DNA of 64,000 bases from Tubulanus polymorphus (Eukaryota; Animalia; Nemertea). The position numbers and the translations under genes were made by a program. This document shows positions 51,663 to 64,000 of this stretch, piece by piece (position 1 is the stretch's first letter; every line of letters begins with the position of its first letter). The stretch covers positions 3,566,485-3,630,484 of the forward strand of contig NC_134027.1 of NCBI RefSeq assembly GCF_964204645.1. The letters run 5' to 3'. Below the pieces are notes generated by a model that was not told where the DNA came from, did no database searches, and saw nothing but the letters and a program-made list of their open reading frames with translations.

Positions 51663-54271
51663 TTATTTCAAGTAATTCCTGAGATTTATTCTGCAATAGC
51701 ATGCGAGGATGATTTTTAAAGATAACAGATTTAGATAATTTCAAATGAAATGTAAAATCATTAAATGTATATCTGTTTCCCTTATCTAGCTATTGAATTG
51801 CATACGATCGTAAGTGTTAGCCCTCATTGAAACAATACCAGATATTTACTGCTTGGAAGACTACTCGGAAGTTTGTATTAATTACCTTTCCATCAATTCT
51901 TGTTGCTGAGCTCTGATGACTGAATGCGGAGGAAAACGTCGAATTTCACCGTTTCTTTTGTGGAACCAGTATGCATTCCCTGTTTTAGGACTTACCAACA
52001 TACACCAGTCGTGCTAGAAAATATCAGTTACATATACAATAAAACTACTGAAATAAGAATGAATCTAAAGCGTACCCTAACTCAATCCTGATAAGTGGCA
52101 ATGAATTTGAAATATTCAATCCAAAGCCATCGCTATCTTTATTTGGAGCCTATTCAGATCTCTTACCGGTGATGGATGTCGCGCTTCGTAGACTAACAGC
52201 ACCAGTCGTTTAGCTATCGGTATAAATTCCCCGTGAGTAAATGATGATTTATCATTCTTGAATAGTTTCCTAATTTGCCTTTGATCTTCTGACGAGAGAA
52301 GAAGACAGAAACTGATTGAAGAAAGCATCTGAAATAAGACACGCACGCCAAGAATAAACTCCTAATGCTTTTCTTATCAATATAGCCTGCTCCATACAAA
52401 TAATTTTTTTTTTGGTGGAAATTATCTCTTTATGAACTTAACGTAAATTCCAAGTAGAACAGACTTACCTCTTCAAAATCACGACGTCGAAGTTCGCCTC
52501 TGATTTTTGGATTTTTATTTTTACTATCCTTCTCATGATTTGCCTCCTGTTTCTCTAATAGATCTAAGATCACGTCTTCGAACACGTCTTCTTTTATCAC
52601 TGTGTAATATTCCTCGGGTATATCATACCTAAAACAAACATTAAATGATCGGAGTGACCGGATTTCTTTCACGCAGTTGCGAATGACTCTTGTCGAGGCG
52701 GAGATCACAAAGTTGTGGAAAATCGTTTTACCTCATTTCACCAGTTATCTTATTGAAGTAGATTAAACTATCGGGTCCATCTAATTCAACCCAAGTTCCC
52801 TGAAATAGTAATACTCTAAACTAAGCATATCTTAGTATCATTTGATGTTACATATAAGATAATAGGGTTACACGTACTGTGCATTCTGTCGATTTTCCGT
52901 AAATATACTTCAGAATTTCTGTGAGTAGATTCTCGAATTCGGGTAAATGGAGACCAGTCTTCGGTTTACGTGACTGAAAGATTAGCACGTGTTCATATTC
53001 ATACATTGTCATGGATACTGCATATTTTACACAAATAGTTCGACACGGATGTCACTGTCTCCGCTTTTATGATTTATACGACAAGGGAAACGTATGCCAA
53101 CAGTTAATATGAAAGGCGATATTTCTTGAGCAAACCTTTTTACGTTTCTTTGTTGTATTTTCCGACTTGTGTTTTGAGTCTTCATTCATTTTTATGATAT
53201 CGGCACTTGTGATGGAAATATCGACTAAACTCTTCGACTGGAAAAACTGAAAATTCAAACAGCCTCATTTTTTGGCCTAACAAAGTTTTGTCGGTTTCAT
53301 GTCGGGCGTCTGTTGTTTCAATACGATGCCAAAAAAACGCTTACCTTATCTAATTCCACTTTGCTTAGCAAATTATCCTCATCTTGGTCGACCATTTTGA
53401 ATATCTTCTTAGCTAAAGCCGCAAACGGATCTTTGATTTTATGTTTCGTAGGTTTATGAACATTTGGAATAATACTTAACGGATCGGCGGAAGGGTCGAG
53501 TATTTCACAGCCGGTTCGAGCTGTTGGATAGTCCTCGTCGTTACCTGAGTAATATTCACTACTGTTTTCAATCGATTCATTGTCGTTTTCAATGTTCGAA
53601 TCCTCGTCAATTTTAGCACCGTTTTGATTTGATTCAGTTAATAATGGCATAGATTGAGCATCGTGCTGATGATGATAACTCTGTTCACCTATATCAGATG
53701 TTTCTTCACATGTCGTTTCGCGAGTTTCAGTTTTCATTCCGTTCATTGATTCTCCATTTGGTTTATTTTCGACTGCGGGAACACTTTTATCGATCGCGTG
53801 TGTCGACGAATGAACTTCGAATCCGCATTTATCATTCGAAGTTTCAATTTCTCCGCTTTGACCCGGAATAGTAGTTAAATCACTGTTTTTATATTCCCTA
53901 TGATTGGCTACTGTATCCGGCTGTTCCAAAGTCTCCTTCCACGACTGATCAGTTTCCATATATCCAGCGGTCAGTTGTATATACTGCTCCAAAAATCTTT
54001 CTTCGTCGGAATCCGGATGTAACGATATATCACTGTCATGTTCGTAAGCGTCGTAATCACTCCGTTTCGTCATGTTTGCGTGTTTCACGGAGTTGATGTC
54101 GTCGTTCTGGCGAGGAACGGGGAACATGAAGTAATCGTCACTGTTACCGTCACGTATCGGAGACGGAGGTGTCACTTGAAATTCCGGTAGAGATGCACGT
54201 AGTCTAGTACTGACATCGTCGAGTTGTAAAGGCATGCTTCGTGGCGTGGCAAGTTTAGTAGGCCCATTCAT
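51663..54271 (-). CDS. Uncharacterised EF-hand + WW-like repeat protein with long acidic disordered N-terminus, ~7 exons
   Basis: Canonical EF loop in FKMVDQDEDNLLSKVELDK. Two WW-like segments: GTWVELDGPDSLIYFNKITGE..YDIP and HDWCMLVSPKTGNAYWFHKRNGEIRRFPP. The exons join in frame to MERINLRNYLK*. Confidence 0.72.
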
Positions 54272-57200
54272 TTTATTCCCAGCAGGAACGCTACATTTCT
54301 CTCACGCTAAAAATGAACAATTAATTGATAATTTCTAATCGAATTACGTACAGAATGGTGGCAGGATTATTGCATTACGAAACCTGCCAGTCAGGTCACC
54401 TAAAAATGATTATTAGATTGAATATATTTAGTCAATACAAGTATCTATGCATTGTGGCGAATGTCAGAACTAACACTACGAAAAGATGGATGTCCATTGA
54501 AAATAACCGTCTCATAAATTATGCAATTAATATTGAGAATCTAATCGGCAACATGTTTTACTTTTTTTGCTACTACGAACAACTAAACGGTTTGTAGAAA
54601 GCTAATTATAGGTTGAAAAATTTATGTTATAGAGATATGGATTTATGAATGATTTTAATTTGATGTTGACCTACTTCAGAAATTAGACGACTATATCTAA
54701 ATCTAGATAAACGTACGTACAGCAAATCTGAAAACCTTGTAAACTGGTCTTTATTCTTACGTGTCTTCATAGTTCGGTAAACTGGTTTATAGAAAACAGA
54801 TCAGTTGCATGGGAATCAAAGTATAGTTTTACTGATGAAATATCGGTTTTAATGGATAATCCATGTAATCGTTTTCACACGCCGGATATCACCAGTTATG
54901 CCAGTCACGCTATCATTGCAAACGCAAAATATTTTCTAATTCTAGAAAGTTGTTCTTCTTTTTCCATGGGATTTCGAAATAAAGTGAATATTAGATACAT
55001 ATTGTGTAATTCTAATCAAATGAGATTGATATTAGTAGAATACTGACAACCGGTTCTCAATAAACTCTTCCAGCCCCGAGGTTACCTCACATTAAGAAAT
55101 ATTTTTATCACCTTAATTGTCGCTGGTTTGTGGTAACACCAACGCCTAAGCTATAAATCCACATTACGGTAATTTGCTATTCTCGTACCGTTGCTGTTTT
55201 TGGCTATTTTAAGTTTGTTTATTTTGTATTATACGTATCATAATGTTCCAAATTCAATATAAAAAATGACGTAGGGAAAAAAGCGCATTTGTCTAAGTGT
55301 GACCAGTTTCATGATAGATAATCATATATAAACAGAATTATAATTTGTAAAACTGTTATAGTGATGCACATGGCTGATCCAATTAATTATTGTCACACAG
55401 TTGGATATTTCGTATCTTGACGTGCGACGTACATTCATTGGAATCACTGCCCACACGCTACAGGGGTTTGACCGAAAATGGTGACCATTCCTACCGTTAA
55501 CTATTACAATTAATAACCTTTAGTCTTTTTATAATTGGAGATTTAGACGACCTTTTTCCAATCTCCAGAAAGGTAGATGTTATCAGATAATAATTGGTTC
55601 CCTCCGTCTTATACTTCAATGGGACGTAGGTAATTACAGTCAGACAATCTAGTGTTTTCCCGTGTTCCTATGGTGACCGTTCATAAGATTTATGAGGCCT
55701 TCGGGTGTTATACAAATATCAACATTTGTGACACTGTCGTGATTGCAGCTGAATGAAGTCAGAAGAAAAATAGTCCCGAGGTTGATGATAGGCATAATAA
55801 TCTGACTACTGAATTGTAAACACTGGTTGAGACTCGACGATAACTGTATAAAATCCTTATAAAATTGCTAAAATGGCGATTAATTACAGCTTAAAGCATT
55901 GGAAAGTAATTATCATACAGATAAAAGCAGTGCGCATTAAACTGATTTCAGTGACGTGTTAGTTACAAAGCTTATGTTATTAACTAATACCAGTTGTTAA
56001 GTCAGCCATGCGGCCTCGCTAAGAACACTTATTGCTTGTAACTGACAGCGATTATGTTGTAAATTATTACCAACCGATTTTTCCTTCTGAAATCACTCGT
56101 CTCGTGAGGTCCACCGAGTTACTTATCCTACCCACTCGAATAACTAACACATTTTCTAATTTCGACCAAACAAGTTTATTTCGGGGACTCTTAAAAATAT
56201 AATTTTCTCTTCCCTATCTAAACTAAATTCCTCTTTCACTTTTGGCAATTTATTCGTGTTGGTACATCGGAATGTCGTCTGGCGACAGAAAAGCTATACT
56301 TAATGGGTCTTATAAAATGCAGTAGACCTCTTGCACGATACATTTTCAAAATGAATTTTCAAATAGAAAGAACTTCACTGGTTTGATTCGACCAACGTTT
56401 ATTGTCAGGCCATGTATGAACTATTTCATGAAGATTGGCGCGACTGTTGCGAAGATGAACTACAGTCCGTTAGAATCGTTTTTAATGCCATTGCTCACAT
56501 AACGCCAACATTTTTCAGAGTACAAAATTTGCTCAATCTAACTAAAATTCAATGGAAATACCATTCTTTACGACGCCAAATTTGTAATAAGGCCATGTTT
56601 CGTATTGGTCACAACCGTGGCATTGGAAAGGACTGAACGGTATATATGACTGTACATTATTTTTCATAATGTTGTAGTAACCTAACGATATATTAGAGAC
56701 CGTTTTTCACGTTTAACTTACCTAAGGTTTATCCACATTCCGAGGTTTTCCACAATTTAAGGTACGTTCATCGTATAGATATATTTCGTGAGGTCTTATT
56801 CATTCGCCGAACCGGCGACGTTCATAAAAATGATATCTTACGGCTTAATATCAATTACGTACTAAATATTTTCCACAGCACAAAAAGAGTAATCCCACGG
56901 ACAAACAAAGCCTAGACATTGTAAATCACGGTGTATTCCCACCATTATACAATTATACCTATCAACATAAGATTTTGCCTACACGACACTGTGTCTCCTA
57001 ATTTATGTATAAACTTGGAAACACTAAAAACTGACACGAATTAAATAGAATTCCAACGCCGCATGACAACTGACGTTCCTATGTATGTCTAATCCAACCA
57101 CGCATGGCCCGGTCAAAGATATAACGGTACGGCAAAAATCAACTTATTGTGTTATAGCACGATAAGTGTCATTGGCCATTTGTAAAATAACTTTTCAAGT

Positions 57201-57713
57201 CCGGTGAAATTAACGCAATTTATCGATTGGAATTCCCCGCAAAGAACTATCGAGTTCGTACTGGGACAGATACTGGAATAGTGTCCGTTTCGTCATCGGT
57301 GATATTAAACCCAGAGAACTCCAACCACGGCTGAAGTTTGCTGTAATTATCGTAATTATAGAATAGTCCATTACTCGGCGATCAATCAATATCAGCGGTT
57401 TATACCGTCTCAATAAACTTCCGTTATTACACACAATGTGAATCTGCTGCCAAGTGAACTAATTTATTTTATTTCCCAACCAAATATTCAAACGTCACCG
57501 CCTAAAATGCCAAGATAACAAAATGTAGAGAAATTCTAACCGCACGCGACACGCGAAGTTGGCCTTTTCGTAGTCCTTTACTTCAGTTCTTCTTTCCAAA
57601 TATCCCAGCTTCTTTTATAACATGACTTGATGTTCACGTACTCTGTCTTATGGTATGAATGTGATCGACTGGGCTTTTAATGTCATAAGTTCTTATCTTT
57701 TTAACTTCACCAG

Positions 57714-57990
57714 TAATAATAATAATGTTTTATTCGCGATTCAAATTACAATATGAAGTAGCAGGAATAGATACAAAATAATGTAATACAAGACGCTGGA
57801 CGACTGGTAAAGTTAAAATAAACTTATTACCCGAAGGGCCCAGTCACCCCTCACATTCATACCTACACGTTACATGACAAAACATTTATCATTGAAAAGA
57901 TAATAGTTCCATGACATTTGGTACATTAAGCTGTCCAATATTTCCATTAGTATTACACAATCAAATCCTCTATCCTTCCTCGCGTAAAAC
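57714..57990 (-). mobile_element. Possible 5'-truncated non-LTR retrotransposon 3' end
   Basis: The minus strand ends in AATAAAAC(ATT)4, an AATAAA plus short tandem-repeat tail typical of CR1/L2-type elements. No intact ORF. Confidence 0.3.
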
Positions 57991-58469
57991 AAAAAAGAAC
58001 TCAAACGAACCCGTCTTTTATCGATAATGCGCAGGAAAATATCCGTAGTTTATTTGCAAACAACTAGAATAGATTTGTCTCTATTTGAAATCACGGTTAG
58101 GATATAATCATTATGTATAAAAGTATTTTCTCTCCAACAATCTTTTCTTTCAACAATCATGATATCGACTCTGCATCTTTTTGAGGTAGATGAATATGTT
58201 GCTCAGTCCAACTATGATTATATAAAAAACTCTCTTGTATTTGGTTAACAACATGGAATGAATTATTTTTGGAATAAACTACGACACAACTTTTCTTACT
58301 CCGATAATCATTAATAACTTGTATATACAAAATAATATCATCAGGTAAAATAAGTATTTCTCTGCCAGCAGAGTTTTGTAATCATCAAATATATTCTAAT
58401 CTGATGGATGTACATCATCCACAAGTTAATAAGCACCATTTTGACAATTCTGACCAGACGTTCGGACAG

Positions 58470-61400
58470 TTAAATTCGAGTTTGAAATGAACGTTGGAAC
58501 GAAGAGGCGCGACTCTTAATAGCTACCCATTTAGCGGGATATCTACGCAAATAGCAAGTAGTACCAACAACAATGAGCAAAACAACTAGCAATGAAACAA
58601 CAATGCCTACGATCAACCCGACTGGAGACTGCAATCGAGCTATGTAAACCCCTCCTTCACTAACTGCAAAGTTGGCTTCTTGGTTCTGTATTTGCGCGTC
58701 GATTCTCGTCCAAGTTGCAAAATTGTCGGCGTTTGTTCGGTAGATAGCGACGTTGTTTTCCGATCCTGTTAATTTCATCTTCACATTGAAAGTTTTACCG
58801 CTAGCTGTCAGTTTCGTTTGCGGGTGAATAACAATGAAGTTGCTTGCGTAATCGTTACCGTACTGAAATGACAACACAGTCAGCAATAAAACCATTCATA
58901 TTCTACTACTTTGATACCGGGTATGGTATTTCATAAGAATTGTTGCATGTCTGCATTCCTTTAGACTTACTGGCTTTTGTCTCCCCATTTCAGCTATTTT
59001 CTTCTCACCAACAGCGGGAGTCCATTCTTCTAAATGCATTTTCTGCAGAAACACGAACGCACCTCGAGGAACTTGAATATAAGCCCTAAAAGATTACAAC
59101 AACCAAACACGTAATGAAAATAAACATGACATTTTTGAATATTTTTCTTAACTTCATATAGAATTAACATTCGAGATGTGCCTACGAACCTATCACCGAT
59201 AGTCATTGTTCCACCATTCCACCCAATACTGCTGTATTCTGACACAAATGGCACGGAAATGATTTTTCCTTTTTGGCTGCGATTTGAAAAATTGTTATTG
59301 CGCGTACACATGAAATAAGACGTTCCTGTCGATGTAACCTTTTTGGGCCCGAGGTCGAAATATGTTCCAGCATCATCCAGTTCAGAGAGTTCACCACCAA
59401 ACTGATCTGTTATGAAAAATTCAAACATTTTATTCATTCGTTCATCTAAACAGCAACAAATGTTCTAAGAAGTAAATAAACTCATGACTTACGATCTTTT
59501 AGAAATGCAAGTTTAGTTTGTTCTTTTCTAGTCATATCAAGGAAAGTAGCATTGTCAAGATGAGCCGGATAGCTGCGACCCCAGTGCCCGAAAGTGTTAG
59601 CTTTGCGTCCTGCATCTCCTTCGGGATAAGCTTGAACTCTTTGCAGTACAACATTAGAACGATCAGTACCAGCCAGTCCTTGTCCGTCATTGTTATTAGG
59701 GTTGGTGTTTGAACCGGTCCATCTATAAAACGAATCGAGCATTTTGTCAAATAAACAATACATGAAATAACTGGCTACACAGTATTTACAATAAAACCTA
59801 CTGAAAATGCACGTATTCCCCGGCAGCAATCTCCAGTGTATTCGGCACATAATCATATTCTACAGCCGGATAAACTTGCACGATGTTTCCACGTTTTCCG
59901 CGAACATTCACATTACGAATTGTCTTCCCTTCTAAATCATCCGGTCGTTTCTTTATCGCAAACGCGTGACTCCTGCGCGCAAATAAAAAACAGTTATTAA
60001 TTCGGAGTTTCATGTATTCCATATCTAGATTCTGGCCATGTCCTAAAACCACTCACCTATCCTGAAATGTTCGGCCATACTGCGCAGTGTTGATTGCCAA
60101 CTGCAATGGAGCGATACCAGCAAATATTTGAACTGATGGGTTATTTTTGAAAAGGTAGCCCCGTTTTTCAGCATCCGTCTTCTGCAATCCGTAACGTTCT
60201 GATAAATCTAGTTGAGACGCTACACCTCTCTTGGCCTTGTTCAGAGTTGAGTTCGTGCTGCCGTCCCAACCATCAAATTCAGCCGTTGATATATTGTATC
60301 TGTACATTGAAAACATAAACAATGAAAATATTCTGCATCAGATATACGCAAGTCGTAGATACATGAATTCCATGCACTCATCATTTTTGAAAAGATGATG
60401 TAATAATACCTGATTCTTAGAACACAATGTTTACTTTCTATATTCGGAACAGTCCAGTTATAAGTTGACGGATTTCCACCGATTGTGTTGCCAAGATGAT
60501 TATCTCTGGTAAATTCAGTTTCCCTACATTCAGGTGCAGGGATTCCATGAGATGGAGCAAGCTTCCAAACTCCCCTCACACCGTTAGTCCGGTCATTTTC
60601 TGGCCATCTAAATTTCTATTCGATAGACAAGAGCTTCATAGTTACACATTCATTATATACTAGACATGGGTAGAAACCAACGGATCAAATATTGAGGTTT
60701 GCACTTTTACCTTGCAATCGTCCTCATTGTTTGGAATCGATAAGCCCTTATACATATTTTGCCGAAGCACTGTCTCAGGTATGAAACAATAGTATCTTCC
60801 CTTGACATTCTCACTTTCGGTTTCATAATACGGACATCGGCGAGCATCATTAGTGAGTACTGCAACATCCTATAACATAGTTACAGATATAACTGTAACT
60901 GATATAAGGAATAATAAATTCAAGAAGTGATGAATTTCATTTATATACTTACTCTCCAGGGTGAAGGATGCCAGTATGGATAGTAATCTCGCTCTTCAGG
61001 ACATTCATATCCTCTTCTTCTGCCATTTGGATTCTGACGAGTATTCTTCGCTTTAGGGCCTACTTTCTACGAACAAATAATGGAACTCTTCTTAATTTCT
61101 TTACAACACAAACACGAATTCGATCTTATGAAATTATATTACCTGATCAGCAGTAAAGAGACCACCATTACGATTGCGTAAACGGCATTTCAAGTAATGT
61201 TCAAAGTTTTCATTCATACCATATTTAAGATCATTATTACAATCATATCTGGCACATTGGCTCGGATTTTCTGGTATGGTGCTAAAGCAAAATAAAAAAA
61301 TTGTTATTAAGAAGAAAAACAATCGTTTTGCTGGCGGGATTTGACTTGAAAAACCTACCTAACAGTAGACCCATCACGAACATTTTCACCACACATGTAC

Positions 61401-62246
61401 TGAATGATATGCTCACAATGATTGTTTGGGTTATTGCATGAGTGTTGATTTGTCCTAAAATAGCAAGAACTTATTGAACACAAACATTTCATAAAATACT
61501 CGAATCAAAGAAAAAAATTAGAAAGAACCGACTAAGATTTACAATAACAACGTAATTCAAATAAAAATCTCACCACTCAATTGATAATTTTGACCCTTGA
61601 TAAAAGTACATATTTCCAACATTATAGCCCCCTCGATCGTTATTCTGTGAGTCGAACATTCTGAAAATACATCAAGCAAAAAGATAGTTTTACCATATTA
61701 AACGTTTTTATTTCATTTTGATAATGACAATAAAAACAACTTTCATTAATTTTAATAGTTACCTATTAGCGTTATCTCTTGCTCGTCCTTTTTCATCCAG
61801 CCTATTATTACTGCCTCTGAAATAAAATATGAAAATTAGAACTCAATAGGCGTATGAAGAAGTCCGACAGTAATAGTAGTAACACTGACAAATTGTTTTT
61901 TTCTGGTCATACAACCAATATACCATATACAAGTATCTTATGATGTTTTTTTCCTCAGATTTAAAGGACTATATTAATAGGCTAGCATCTGAAACTAAAT
62001 CAAACAGTAACTTTAATCGGTTAGGTACGAGAATTCATACTCGATGAAATATCATTTCATTTCTCAAGCTACGCTATCTCAATACAATATATAGCCAAAG
62101 TGGGCAATCGAATTCAACCTCGGAGAATCGGTCTCCGTTTTATTACTTATAAATGAAAACGAAAAACTTCCATGACTTTACCTCGGATTATGCATGTAGA
62201 TATCAGCTGATACTATTCCTACCAATAACCAAATAAAATTCCACAT
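58470..62246 (-). CDS. Protein DD3-3-like type I membrane protein, copy 1, multi-exon
   Basis: Signal peptide [14 protein letters not shown], then [16 protein letters not shown]...[19 protein letters not shown]. Further family motifs: [95 protein letters not shown] helix [20 protein letters not shown] and a short basic tail. Confidence 0.88.
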
Positions 62247-63760
62247 TTTAACGTCTATTTCTCGAGATCTAATGAATTAATGAGATACACAATATGAACC
62301 AGGAAGTAAACATTGCTAATTGCCTAATCACACCGGTGTTTCCAGTTCATACGCGTATTACGCCCACAATATAGGACCCGTTTCATTTTCGAATGACACA
62401 AGTTTTGCAATCATACGATTAATCAAAAACACATGTTATGAGAACATACTACAAATGGTTATTTGTTTCATTCGGTTGTTAACATTTTAACGATATACAA
62501 ATATAAAATCTAGGCTTATTAAAAAGTGACTAATGTTCTTAAATTAGAAATAGCTATTGATATTACTGACGTCATATGAAGCGCAAACTTCGATGCGGTA
62601 AGTTAAATTTTTTTCATATTGCAATAATTTTAAACTTTAACAGGGATTAGAAACTAAATAATTCAGTTGGAGTTTAACCAGCAGCAGAATTGTATCTATA
62701 GTAAGGGCAGATTCGTGTTGAAATGATTGTTAATGCGAGATAGACGCGTAGAGCCGTGTTTGTTTACTTTGCGGGGACTATTCTGTTTAACCCCTGGCTA
62801 GTTCCTAGTTCGCACCATTTTGTAACGCGATGAAACTTTGTCTGCAACATCAATTCTTTAGACCCAAACGTATATTTTAATGCATTCTATAGACCCCTAC
62901 GCATATGTTTATGAAATTGATAATTAAACTGCTGGCCTAGAAAATCGTTTTGATCTACCCGTATATAATATGATTATAACTATACGGATATAGCTATAAT
63001 GAAAGTTGCTATTTTTCTATCGAGAATTGATTGTCGGTTTTAATAGTAAATACATATTTTCTGTTTTCACACGTATTTGCCACTTTTTAAGAAAACTTCG
63101 GCAGAATACCAGACGATCTTACAGATGAGATCGGCCTAACGTCCTGTTCCAGGAAACACGGCTAGCTTCTAGACGAACATTAGTCGGGTATATTATTCAT
63201 ACTTGTCATTCGAAAATTAGTCACGTTTCCCTTTTGAATTAGAACGCGGAAATGTAGACAATGTACACAACCATATACGGTCCGGATATAAAATTGTGAT
63301 ATAAATAACCGTTTGTTTGGAACGAGGAAGATTTGTTTTTTGAACGTCATGTTCAATGGCACTCGAATATATAAGCCTTATATGGATTGGTACGTCAATG
63401 ACGCATGCACTGTCATGCGGTATCCTCGCGCGGACAATATTAATAATTAAGCAGTTACAAACGTAATTAGTAACTAATGCCTATAACTATACTGATTTAG
63501 AATTGTATTGAGTACAACACGACTGGTGCCCGATCAGGACCGATGACCACTTTATCTCTTGTCTACCTACAATCATCTCTCGGTCGGCGATTAGATAAAA
63601 CCTGACAAACTATTTGAATCGCACGTTTAATGACCCGGTATCTTACTTAACGGTAGATAATGGAGAACATGAATTTTATCTCAATACAAAGTATTAAATA
63701 ATACCGTTTCAAGTATATATAATTGACTTGATGTTCTTCCTTAGTTTCAGATTTTTCACA

Positions 63761-63904
63761 ATGAATAGAATCATCCAAATCGTGTTGTTTCTGATACCCC
63801 TGTGTTCAGGTGATATATACTTACACAATCCTCGGGGATCAAACAATCGCTTGAACGAAAGATCTGCGAACAGGAGAAATGCCAACAGAGTATTTGATTC
63901 GCAG
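63761..63904 (+). CDS. Protein DD3-3-like, copy 2, first coding exon (gene continues past the window)
   Basis: MNRIIQIVLFLIPLCSG|DIYLHNPRGSNNRLNERSANRRNANRVFDSQ, then donor gtatag. Acceptor tttcag at 63745-63750 implies an upstream non-coding exon. Confidence 0.85.
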
Positions 63905-64000
63905 GTATAGAATCAGCATCAAGATTTCTACTTAAAACGTTTTCGATGAAAACTCTTGCAATTAAAAAACATTTCATTTTTATATCTGTGTTCGTAGAAC

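Overview
AT-rich animal genomic DNA with many short (~70-150 bp) GT-AG introns, probably a spiralian/lophotrochozoan invertebrate (inference). Nothing prokaryotic is present: no CRISPR, rRNA or intact tRNA. From left to right: (1) ~9.6 kb of non-coding DNA, probably the first intron of teashirt/tiptop; (2) the large main coding exon of a teashirt (TSHZ) zinc-finger gene; (3) a ~14.8 kb gene-free stretch rich in TALE-type TGACAG sites; (4) UTP4/cirhin (-) head-to-head with CHTF8 (+), with MITEs in UTP4 introns; (5) a membrane-anchored ML-domain protein, an intronless class A GPCR, a two-repeat DM9-like protein and two tandem WAP four-disulfide-core genes; (6) a coiled-coil protein with a C-terminal CAP-Gly domain and an EF-hand/WW-like repeat protein; (7) two divergently transcribed DD3-3-like paralogs, the second cut by the window end. 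The most novel-looking signal is that the DD3-3-like proteins read as an LPMO-like N-terminal domain (Asp in place of His1) followed by a cupredoxin-like domain and a membrane anchor. Exon models were assembled by eye; no searches were run.
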